A stretch of DNA of 64,000 nucleotides, taken from the NCBI GenBank assembly GCA_963708135.1, contig OY970192.1, positions 800,001-864,000 on the forward strand, written 5' to 3'. The translations under genes were made by a program, and so were the position numbers. Below the pieces are notes generated by a model that ran no database searches, had not been told where the DNA came from, and worked only from the letters and a program-made list of their open reading frames with translations. Shown one piece after another: positions 50,547 through 60,477 of this stretch (within the stretch, counting starts at the first letter, position 1; every line of letters starts with the position of its first letter). The DNA is from an uncultured Gemmatimonadales bacterium (lineage in GTDB: Bacteria > Gemmatimonadota > Gemmatimonadetes > Longimicrobiales > RSA9).

Positions 50547-52580
50547 ATGGCGCTGCCCCCTCCGATCGTGATCCCGCCGGAGCGGCTGCACGACCTGGCC
50601 GATGCCGCATCGCTCGAGTGGCTCGAGACGGACGGGCGCGGCGGCTATGCGGCGTCCACCGCCGCGGGGGTGAACACGCGCCGGTATCACGGCCTGCTCG
50701 TCGTCGCCAGACAACCGCCTGCGGATCGGGTCGTGCTCCTGTCCCGGCTCGAGGAGACGGTGGTGGACGGGCGGGGCACGCGCTGGGAGCTCGGCGTGAA
50801 CTACTATCCCGGCGCCGTGCACCCGCAGGGACACCGGTGGCTGGCGGAGTTCCGGCTCGATCCGTGGCCGGTCTGGCGCTGGCGGCTGGGGGCGCTGACG
50901 CTCACGAAGGCAGTGCTCTTCTCGCGCGAGGCCGGCGCGCTCCTCGTGCTCTATCGGCTGCGCGGCGGGTCCGCCCGGCTCGAGCTGCGCCCCTTCATCG
51001 CCGGCCGCGGCTTTCACGCGCTGGTCCACGAGAACCCCGCCGTGTGGCCGCGGGCCGAGGCGGTGCCGGGGCGCGTCCACTACGCGCCGTACGAGGGGAT
51101 CCCGGCGCTCGTGCTCTCCCACGACGCCGCGGAATGGAGGCACGCGGGCGAGTGGTACCGCCAGACGCTCTACCCGCGCGAGACGGAGCGCGGCATGGAC
51201 GACCGCGAGGACCTCTACCTGCCCGGATTCCTCGCCGCGGAGTTGGCGGATGGGGGCGTGTGGCGGGTCGCCTGTGCGACGGAGCCGGTCGAGACCCAGA
51301 GCGTCCCCGCGCTCGCCGCGGCGGAGCGGGACCGGCGCGAGAGGCTGGCGCGGCGGGGCAGGGAGGCGGCCCACGCCGCCGCCGACACCGACCTGGGCGC
51401 CCGGCTGGCCGTGGCCGCGGACGATTTCGTGGTGCGCCGGGGCGCGGGGCTGTCGATCCTGGCCGGCTATCCGTGGTTCGCCGACTGGGGACGCGACGCC
51501 ATGATCGCGCTGCCCGGGCTGCTCCTCGCCACGGGGCGCACCGCCGACGCCGCGAGCGTGCTGCACACCTTCGCCGCGCACCTGCGCGACGGGCTGATCC
51601 CGAACCGCTTCCCGGAGGGTGGCGGCCCGATCCCGGACGACCACTACAACGCCGCCGACGCGCCGCTCTGGTTCGTCGAGGCCGTGGCGGCGCTGGCCGA
51701 CGCGGGCGGCGACGCCGGGCCGCTCTGGCCCGCCGTCCGTGCCATCCTCGACGCGTATCGCGCGGGCACCCGCTTCGGCATCGGCATGGACACGGACGGG
51801 CTGGTGCGGCAGGGCGCGCCGGGCGTGCAGCTCACCTGGATGGACGCGCGCGTGGACGGCTGGGTGGTCACGCCTCGCGCGGGCAGGCCGGTCGAGGTCA
51901 ACGGCCTGTGGCACAACGCGCTGCGCCGCGCCGGGGCGCTGGCGGCGGGGCTGGGCGAGGAGGGCGCCGACTACCTCCGGCTGGCGGAGCGCGTCCGCGC
52001 CGCGTTCGAGGTCTTCTGGTATCCGGGCGGCGGTTACCTGTACGACGGCCTCGACGAGGCCGGCCGCCCCGACCCCGCGCTGCGGCCGAACCAGCTCATC
52101 GCGCTCGCCCTGCCGGCTTCTCCCGTAGGCGACGTCGCCCGGGCCCGCTCCGTCGTCGACGCCTGCGCCCGCGCGCTCCTCGTCCCGCTCGGTGTGCGCA
52201 CGCTGGACCCCGCCGCGCCCGGCTATCTCGGCCGCTACGCCGGCGACCGCCGGGCGCGCGACGCCGCCTACCACAACGGCACCGCCTGGCCGTGGCTGCT
52301 CGGCCCGCTGCTCGAGGCCGCGCGCCGCGCCTACGGCGGCACGGGCCCGTGGCCCGGCCTCGTCGCCGACGCCCTGGCCCGTGCGCGGGACCACCTCGGC
52401 GCGTACGGCCTCGGCCACATCGCCGAGGTGCTCGACGGCGACGCCCCCCACGCGCCCGGCGGCTGCTTCGCCCAGGCGTGGAGCTGCGCCGCGCTGCTGC
52501 GGGCGTGCACGCTGCGCTCGCCCGCCGGGCACGATCCGGATCGCCCGCGCCCGGTGGATTTATCCGCGCCGCCGGGATAG
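50547..52580 (+). CDS. Amylo-alpha-1,6-glucosidase (glycogen debranching enzyme)
   Basis: EWLETDG.GGYA, TRRYHGLL, AGYPWF.DWGRD, LTWMDA, RPNQL, YHNGT.WPW, QAWS. Confidence 0.93.
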   Translation: MALPPPIVIPPERLHDLADAASLEWLETDGRGGYAASTAAGVNTRRYHGLLVVARQPPADRVVLLSRLEETVVDGRGTRWELGVNYYPGAVHPQGHRWLAEFRLDPWPVWRWRLGALTLTKAVLFSREAGALLVLYRLRGGSARLELRPFIAGRGFHALVHENPAVWPRAEAVPGRVHYAPYEGIPALVLSHDAAEWRHAGEWYRQTLYPRETERGMDDREDLYLPGFLAAELADGGVWRVACATEPVETQSVPALAAAERDRRERLARRGREAAHAAADTDLGARLAVAADDFVVRRGAGLSILAGYPWFADWGRDAMIALPGLLLATGRTADAASVLHTFAAHLRDGLIPNRFPEGGGPIPDDHYNAADAPLWFVEAVAALADAGGDAGPLWPAVRAILDAYRAGTRFGIGMDTDGLVRQGAPGVQLTWMDARVDGWVVTPRAGRPVEVNGLWHNALRRAGALAAGLGEEGADYLRLAERVRAAFEVFWYPGGGYLYDGLDEAGRPDPALRPNQLIALALPASPVGDVARARSVVDACARALLVPLGVRTLDPAAPGYLGRYAGDRRARDAAYHNGTAWPWLLGPLLEAARRAYGGTGPWPGLVADALARARDHLGAYGLGHIAEVLDGDAPHAPGGCFAQAWSCAALLRACTLRSPAGHDPDRPRPVDLSAPPG

Positions 52581-52590
52581 ATTCGACCGC

Positions 52591-53085
52591 GTGCAGATCC
52601 TCATCATCGTCCTGATCGCCGCCGCCGGCGTCGCCGCGGTCCTCGTCCCCGTGCTGCGCGGAGGCGCGCACTACGACGTCTCCGGCGACCTCGACCGCCC
52701 GGAGGCGCCGGACGCCGAGGCGGCGGAGCCCCGGCCGGCCACGCCCGAAGCTCCCGCCGCCGAGCACCCCGCCGCCGCGGAGGCGGCCCCGGCCAGCCCC
52801 GCCGCGGCTCCGTCCCGGAATCCGGCCGCCGCCGAGCCCGCCCCGAGCACCACGCCGCCCGGGGCCGAAGCTGGGGCTCGGACGGGCGCAGCCGGCCCGA
52901 TCGAGGATGAGCCCGCCGCGAGCGACCTCGACTTCGGGCTGCCCGCCGGCCTCGACGGCCTCATTGCCCGCTACCGCGCGGCCGTGCGCGCCGACACCGT
53001 CTGCCCCCGCTGCCGCCAGGCGAATCCTCCGGGGAGTCGGTACTGCTTCGAGTGCGGGCAGGGGCTCGGGCCGGGCGGGGAGTAG
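52591..53085 (+). CDS. Membrane-anchored protein with C-terminal zinc ribbon
   Basis: N-terminal hydrophobic helix, Pro/Ala linker, CPRC..YCFECG. Confidence 0.7.
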   Translation: MQILIIVLIAAAGVAAVLVPVLRGGAHYDVSGDLDRPEAPDAEAAEPRPATPEAPAAEHPAAAEAAPASPAAAPSRNPAAAEPAPSTTPPGAEAGARTGAAGPIEDEPAASDLDFGLPAGLDGLIARYRAAVRADTVCPRCRQANPPGSRYCFECGQGLGPGGE

Positions 53086-53301
53086 GGGCGGACGGACGGC
53101 GGGCACGGGTCAGGGGGACGGGAACGCGGACGGGCAGATACGGCGAGGCAGAAGGGGAAGGCAGGGGCAGGTTCAGGGGCAGGTTCAGGGGCAGGGGAAC
53201 GGCGACGGGGAGGGGCGCTTGGCGCCCCTCCCCGTCGTTTTCCTGGCGGTGCCGATCGCCCGTCGGCTGACATGTCGCCGCCGCGGTGCGGGGTCGAGCG
53301 G

Positions 53302-53919
53302 CTACGCTGCCGCCTCGAAGGACTTCGCGACCTCGTCCCAGTTGACCACGTTCCACCACGCCTGGATGTAGTCCGGGCGCTTGTTCTGGTACTTGAGGTA
53401 GTAGGCGTGCTCCCAGACGTCGAGGCCGAGGATCGGGGAGCGGCCGTCCAGGTGGGGGCTGTCCTGGTTGGCGGTCGAGGTGATCTCGAGCTTGCCGCCG
53501 CCGGCCGGCAGCAGCCAAGCCCAGCCGGAGCCGAAGCGGCCCGCGGCCGCGCTGGCGAACTGCTCCTTGAAGGCGTCGAACGAGCCGAAGGACGAGCCGA
53601 TCGCGTCGGCCAGCGCGCCGCTCGGGCTGTTCGCGCCGCCGGGCTTCATCCAGACCCAGAACGACGAGTGGTTGACGTAGCCGCCGCCGTTGTTGCGCAC
53701 GGCGGTCCGGATGTCCTCCGGGACCTCGTTGATCCCCCGCAGCAGCGCCTCGGCGGAGCGGTCCTGCAGCTCGGGGTGCTTCTCGAGGGCGGCGTTCAGC
53801 TTCTTGGTGTAGCCGCCGTGGTGCTTGTCGTGGTGGATCTCCATCGTGCGGGCATCGATGTAGGGCTCGAGTGCGTTGTACCCGTAGCCCAGCTCGGGGA
53901 GCTTGAATGGGTATCCCAT
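53302..53919 (-). CDS. sodA: Superoxide dismutase (Mn/Fe; Mn-type signature)
   Basis: [33 protein letters not shown]. Confidence 0.93.
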   Translation of the reverse strand: MGYPFKLPELGYGYNALEPYIDARTMEIHHDKHHGGYTKKLNAALEKHPELQDRSAEALLRGINEVPEDIRTAVRNNGGGYVNHSSFWVWMKPGGANSPSGALADAIGSSFGSFDAFKEQFASAAAGRFGSGWAWLLPAGGGKLEITSTANQDSPHLDGRSPILGLDVWEHAYYLKYQNKRPDYIQAWWNVVNWDEVAKSFEAAA

Positions 53920-54069
53920 CGCCGATCCTCCTTTCAGGCCCCGGCCCTCCGGGGCTGTCCTCGTGATGACTCCTCTCCCGTTCCCGGCTGAAGCTGCGTC
54001 ACTCGCGGCCAGAGGGGGAGAGTGGCAGAATCGAAGGGCGGCCGCAACCCTCCCCGTCCCTCCCCGCGC

Positions 54070-54545
54070 CCCGGCCCCCAGAGTGGGGGACACTCCACTC
54101 CGCCCCGCCAGCCGAGTGGGAGACACACCCCGTCCCGCCCCGGCCCCCAGAGTGGGGGACACCCCACCCCGCCCCGCCACCAGAGTGGGAGACCGGGCGA
54201 CGCGCGCGGCGGCCGAGCGATCGGGGGCCACGCCGGCCCCGCGGCCCCGCGGGCTTGTCCTGCGTCCTCCGCCGCGTGCACCCGCGCGGCCGAGCGTCGT
54301 CCAGCGCCCGCGCATGCCGCGCGCGTCGCCAGGCCCGCGCACGTTCAGCGCCCGGACCGTCGCCCGGTCTCCCACTCCGGGGTGGCACGGCAGGGAAGGG
54401 CGCCCCCACTCTGGGTGCGTGGGTCCAGCGCCCGCGCACGCCGCGCGCTTCGCCAGGCGCGCGCACGTTCAGCGCCCGGACCGTCGCCCGGTCTCCCACT
54501 CCGGGGTGGCCGGGCGGGAAGAGCGCTCCCACTCCGGGGCGGTGC
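54070..54545. repeat. Cluster of REP-like GAGTGGG(A/G)GAC / GTCTCCCACTC repeats
   Basis: Four direct copies then several inverted copies; same motif at 56700-56930 and 58355-58680. Confidence 0.7.
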
Positions 54546-54602
54546 GAGCCGGAAGGGAAACAGCCCTTGCCGGTCCCCCGCTCCCGCGCCATTCTCCAGA
54601 CC

Positions 54603-55625
54603 ATGATCGACCTCCGGAGCGACACCGTCACGCGTCCCACGCCGGCCATGCGCGAGGCCATCGCGCGCGCGGAGGTCGGCGACGACTCCCTCGACGGCGA
54701 TCCGACCATGCGCCGGCTCGAGGCGGCCGTGGCCGAGCTGCTGGGGAAGCCGGCGGCGGTCTTCTTCCCGAGCGGCGTCATGGCCAACGAGGCCGCGCTC
54801 ATGGTGCTGGCGCGGCCCGGCACCGAGGTGATCGTCGAGGCCATGGCGCACTACGTCGATTGGGAGGACGGCGCGCCCGCGCAGTGGGCGGGAGTGCAGC
54901 TGCGCGGCGTGCCCACCGCCGACGGGCTCCTCAGCGGCCCGCTGATCGAGGCGGCGATCCGGCCGGCCAGCCGCTACCAGGTCCAGACGTCCATGGTCTC
55001 GGTCGAGAACACCCACAACGCCGCGGGCGGGCGCATCCTGCCGCTGCACACGATGCGCGAGATCCGCAAGGTCGCGCACGGCCGTGGCGTGCCCGTCCAT
55101 CTCGACGGGGCCCGCCTGTGGAACGCCACCGCGGCGACGGGCGTCCCGGAGCGCGACTTCGCCGCGGAGGCGGACACGGTGATGGTCACGCTCTCGAAAG
55201 GCCTCGGCTGCCCCGTGGGCTCGCTCCTGGCCGGGACGGAGGAGGCCATGGGACGGGCGTGGCGCGTGCGACGTCGCCTGGGAGGCAACATGCGGCAGTC
55301 CGGTCTCCTGGCGGCGGCCGGCCTCTACGCGCTGGAGCACCACCGCGGCCGGCTGACGGAGGACCACGCCCGCGCCGCGCGGCTGGGCGAGCTGCTCTCC
55401 GACCTGGACGAGATCCGCGTCATCCGCCCCGAGACCAACATCATCATGCTCGAGATCCTGCGCGACGACCTGGACGCCGCCGCCGTCGTCGAGCGCCTCG
55501 AGGCCGAGGGCGTCCTCGTCACCGTGTTCACGCGCACGCGCGTCCGGGCCGTGACGCATCTCGACATCGACAATGCCGCCATCGAGGAGGCGGCCGCAGC
55601 GGTGCGGGCGGTGGTCAGCGCGTGA
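54603..55625 (+). CDS. ltaE: Low-specificity L-threonine aldolase
   Basis: IDLRSDTVT.PT, GDD, SG.MAN, ENTHN, HLDGARL, SKGLG.PVGS. Confidence 0.92.
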   Translation: MIDLRSDTVTRPTPAMREAIARAEVGDDSLDGDPTMRRLEAAVAELLGKPAAVFFPSGVMANEAALMVLARPGTEVIVEAMAHYVDWEDGAPAQWAGVQLRGVPTADGLLSGPLIEAAIRPASRYQVQTSMVSVENTHNAAGGRILPLHTMREIRKVAHGRGVPVHLDGARLWNATAATGVPERDFAAEADTVMVTLSKGLGCPVGSLLAGTEEAMGRAWRVRRRLGGNMRQSGLLAAAGLYALEHHRGRLTEDHARAARLGELLSDLDEIRVIRPETNIIMLEILRDDLDAAAVVERLEAEGVLVTVFTRTRVRAVTHLDIDNAAIEEAAAAVRAVVSA

Positions 55626-56635
55626 GCCGCGGGCCGCGCGAGTGGGCGCGCGCCTTCACCGGCTTCTATCCGCCGACCGCCGAGGACATGGGCCGGCTGG
55701 ACCCCGTCGCGCGCTTCCTCTACTCGGCGCGCAGCGTGATCCTCGTCATCTCGTTCCAGGCCGCGCTGCTGGCCGGCCTGCTCGCGCTCGCCGCCCGCCG
55801 CTTCACGCTCGTGCCGTTCCTGCTCGTGCTCGTCGGCTTCGTGGTGCTGCACGCGATCAGCAACCTCTCCAACGACTACTTCGGCGCCCGCCGCGGCCAC
55901 GACACCGACGACTCGCCCCGCCGCCGCTATACCGTGCACCCCGTGCTGAGCGGGGCCGTGAGCACGCGACTGCTCGTCACCGGCCTCCTTGCGCTCGCCG
56001 CGATTGCCGTGGCGATCGGCGTCTACTTCATCGTGCTGAGGGGCCTCGCCGCCGCGCTGCTCGTGGCCGCCGGCACGCTGCTGCTCCTGGCCTACGACGC
56101 CTCGCCGCGCGCGCTCAAGGAGCTCGGCCTCGGCGAGATCGCCGCCTTCATCGTCTGGGGCCCGCTCATGGTGGCCGGCGGCTTCTGGATGATCGCGGGC
56201 CGGCCGTCGGCGGCGGCGCTCGTCGCCTCGATCCCGTACGGCCTCGGCGTCATGTCGATCCTGGTCGGCAAGCACATCGACCAGCGCCTATTCGACGCCC
56301 GCCACCACCAGCGCACCCTGCCCGTCGTCCTCGGCGAGGCGTCGGCACGACGCCTGAACCGCGCCTCGGTCGTGGCCATGTACGTCGTTGTCGCGGCCGG
56401 CATCGTGGCCGGCGCCCTGACGCCGTTCGCGCTGCTCGTCGCGCTCGCCCTGCCCCGCGCCGTGCGGGCCGTGCGCGTCATGTCCGAGGCCGCGCCCGCC
56501 GGTCCGCCGCCCGGCTACATCGGCTGGCCCCTCTGGTACCACCGCGTCTGCCTCGTCCACAATCGCGCCTTGGGCTGGCTCTACGTCCTCGGCCTGGCGC
56601 TGGGCGCGCTGTTCCCCGCCATCCGGCTGCGCTAG
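55622..56635 (+). CDS. UbiA/MenA-family prenyltransferase
   Basis: N..NDYF..G.D, LK.LGLGE, D..FD..RTLPV.LG; multiple TM helices. Confidence 0.85.
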   Translation: MSRGPREWARAFTGFYPPTAEDMGRLDPVARFLYSARSVILVISFQAALLAGLLALAARRFTLVPFLLVLVGFVVLHAISNLSNDYFGARRGHDTDDSPRRRYTVHPVLSGAVSTRLLVTGLLALAAIAVAIGVYFIVLRGLAAALLVAAGTLLLLAYDASPRALKELGLGEIAAFIVWGPLMVAGGFWMIAGRPSAAALVASIPYGLGVMSILVGKHIDQRLFDARHHQRTLPVVLGEASARRLNRASVVAMYVVVAAGIVAGALTPFALLVALALPRAVRAVRVMSEAAPAGPPPGYIGWPLWYHRVCLVHNRALGWLYVLGLALGALFPAIRLR

Positions 56636-56699
56636 GCGACGCCGGGGCCGCCCACCCCCGGCGGGCCACGCTTGCCGTCCTCCGGCCAGCCTCGCTCCT

Positions 56700-56930
56700 G
56701 CCCCGGAGTGGGCGACGCCCCCCGCCCCCTGCCCCAGAGTGGGAGACCGGGCGCCGTGCGCGGCGGCCGCGGAGAATGTGGGCCTGGCCGGCTGCCCGAC
56801 GGTCCGGATCCGACCCGAGGCGGGGCGGCTCGCCGCGACCCGTCCAGGCCCGGGGCGCAAGGCCCGCCCGGTCCGTCGCCCACTCTCCCACTCTGGGGTG
56901 GTGGATCGGGGAGGTGTCTCCCACTCGGGA
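56700..56930. repeat. REP-like inverted repeat cluster between convergent genes
   Basis: GAGTGGGCGAC / GAGTGGGAGAC followed by GTCGCCCACTC / GTCTCCCACTC. Confidence 0.65.
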
Positions 56931-56973
56931 ATGGGTGGGTGGAGCGGTGTGGAGGCGTCGCGGCCAGGTGGGT

Positions 56974-58275
56974 CTACAGAAGTCGCACGAAGATGATGAA
57001 GAACAGCTCCTTGAGCTTCTGCCATGCGCCGCGCCGGCGGAAGGCATCCAGGTCCACCTCTTCCGCGTAGTCGAGGTCGGCCAGGAACGCCGTGCGCAGG
57101 CGCTCCGCGACGGCACCGTCGCGGACCATCAGGGCGACCTCGTCGTTCAGCGCCATGGACCGGTTGTCGAAGTTGACGGAGCCGACCTCGGACCAGATGT
57201 CGTCGGCGACGAGCGTCTTGGCGTGCACCATGGTCGGCGAGTACTCCCAGATGCGCACGCCCGCGGCGAGGATCTGCTCGTAGTGCACCCGGGACGCGTA
57301 CCAGGTCGAGAGCCGGTCGGAGTTCGCGCCCGGAGTGAGGACGCGCACGTCCACCCCGCGGGCCACGGCGTCGCACAGGAAGCCGCGGAAATCGTCGTCC
57401 GGGATGAAGTACGCGTTCGTGATGTAGAGGTAGCGGCGCGCGCCCACGATGGAGAGGGCGAAGAAGCGCTCGGCGTCGGTGCTGCCCAGGGTCGGCGCGG
57501 AGTACATGAGCCCGGCGACGGCGCCATCGGGCGCGTGCGTCGCCTGCGGGAAGATCCGCTGGCCGATGAGGAGCTCGCCCGTGGCCTCGGCCCAGTCGGC
57601 GGCGAAGGCCGACTGGAGCTGCTCGACGGCGGCGCCCTCCAGGCGGACGGAGGTGTCGCGCCAGCCGGGGCCACGGCCGTCGCCCTGCCAGTGGTCGTCG
57701 ATGGCGAAGCCGCCCGTGTAGCCGATGCGGCCGTCGATCACGACCGAGCGGATGTGCGAGCGCTGCTGCGCCTTGTGCAGCGTGTTCCAGCGCACGGGCC
57801 GGAACTCCGCCACCTCGACGCCCGCCTGCCGCAGCGCGTCGAAGTAGTCGGAGGGGATCCCCCAGGCGCCGAACATGTCGTACATGAAGAGGACCCGCAC
57901 CCCTGCGCGTGCCCGCTCCGCGAGCGCGTCGCGCAGCCGCTCCGCCAACGCTCCGGGCTTGAACCAGAACACCGTCCAGGTGACGAGCTCCCGCGCCGCC
58001 GCCAGGTCCTCGAACAGACGGGGATAGACCTCCTCCCCGTTCAGCAGCACCTCGACGCGATTCCCCTCGACCAGCCGCGTGTTCACGTGGATCTGCAGCG
58101 TGCGCTCGAAGTCCTCGTCCTCCAGCGCCGGCGGGTCCCCCGGCCCGTCCAGGTCCCGCACCGTGGAGACCGGCGTCCCGCGCGTGAGGTGGAGCAGCCC
58201 CACGAACGCCGCCAGCCCGAGCAGCACCACCAGCACCGCCAGCACGACGATCACGACAATGTAGACGGCGCTCAT
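56974..58275 (-). CDS. cls: Cardiolipin synthase / phospholipase D family
   Basis: GN.VE.L.NG, RSHIRSVVIDG..GYTGG, WRDT, NAYFIPD, HAKTLVAD..VGSVNFD.RS..LNDE. Confidence 0.9.
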   Translation of the reverse strand: MSAVYIVVIVVLAVLVVLLGLAAFVGLLHLTRGTPVSTVRDLDGPGDPPALEDEDFERTLQIHVNTRLVEGNRVEVLLNGEEVYPRLFEDLAAARELVTWTVFWFKPGALAERLRDALAERARAGVRVLFMYDMFGAWGIPSDYFDALRQAGVEVAEFRPVRWNTLHKAQQRSHIRSVVIDGRIGYTGGFAIDDHWQGDGRGPGWRDTSVRLEGAAVEQLQSAFAADWAEATGELLIGQRIFPQATHAPDGAVAGLMYSAPTLGSTDAERFFALSIVGARRYLYITNAYFIPDDDFRGFLCDAVARGVDVRVLTPGANSDRLSTWYASRVHYEQILAAGVRIWEYSPTMVHAKTLVADDIWSEVGSVNFDNRSMALNDEVALMVRDGAVAERLRTAFLADLDYAEEVDLDAFRRRGAWQKLKELFFIIFVRLL

Positions 58276-58883
58276 CCCCTCCCCCTCCCGGCGGTCGCTG
58301 CGCGAGGGGCGGTGGGAGGTGCAAGAGGGATGCCCTTTACCCTTCATCTCCCTACCCCGGAGTGGGGGAGTGGGGGAGTGGGGGACGGGGAGGCTCCATC
58401 GCGCGCGAGAGCTCCGTGCCCGAGAGCGGTGACCGGCGCGCGCCGGCCCGCAACCTCGCGGCCGCGCACGCGCGACGGCGCCGCTCGCGCTTCGCCGCGC
58501 CGCGTTCACCGGCGCGTCGGCCACAGTCGTGAGGGTGAGGCAGGCGCCAGCCGGCCCGTCGGCGTGGCGCGGGAAGGGGGGCAGGCCCCGCCGGCGAGTC
58601 GGCGTGGCCCGGCGACGCGCGTCCCCGCGAGCGGCGCCCGGTCTCCCACTCTCCCACTCTCCCACTCTTCCACTCTTCCCTCCGGCGGGCCGAACGGCGG
58701 CCGCCCTCCCGCCCCGGCGCGGCGCAATACGGCCGATCCAACCATGCCCCCGTCCCCTCCCGCCCTTCTCGCCCGCGGCCGACCGCGCGATCTTTCCCGG
58801 CGTCCCCAGGAACGGTATCTTGAACGGAGGGTACCGCGTTGCTCAGACCCGCCCGCATTCCCGAAACTGCCACAGGCGAGACG

Positions 58884-59933
<1,050 letters not shown>

Positions 59934-60089
59934 GGGCGGACGAAGAAGAGAAACAGATTGGCACGGAGAGCTCGGAGCGGACCGAAGTATTCTGAGGCCG
60001 GTCGCCTGCGGGCGCCGCTACTCCGCTAGCTTCGTCGCTTCCGAGCTCTCCCTGTCAATTTCTTCTTTTCTTCTTCCATCTCCCCTGTC

Positions 60090-60225
60090 CTACGGCACCC
60101 CCACTCCTCCCGTCACCGGCAGCACCTCCCCCGTGATGTAGCTCGAGTCCACGTTCGACGCGAAGAAGACGAACGCCGGCGCGATCTCCTCGGGTTGCGC
60201 CGGCCGCTTCATCTGCGCCTCTCCT
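60090..60225 (-). pseudogene. C-terminal fragment of an SDR oxidoreductase
   Basis: MKRPAQPEEIAPAFVFFAS..SSYITGEVLPVTGG; no N-terminal domain. Confidence 0.7.
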
Positions 60226-60477
60226 TCTTCTCCGGCATGCGTCAATCTCCGGTCCGAGTCGTTGCCATGCCCCCGGATCGGGCGTGCAACGGAGGTGCCG
60301 CGGGCCGGAGGCACCTCCGGTTGGATCGGCATTCGTTCGGGCCCGCCAAGGCCCGGCCCCGCGAAGAAAGTGTCCCCGCCCCTGACGCCGCTGCCTGCCC
60401 GTGCCCGTGCCCCGCCGTTCCGCTATATTATTCGGTTTGCCAGACCGGCCCGACGAAACCGCGGAAGACCACGACGC

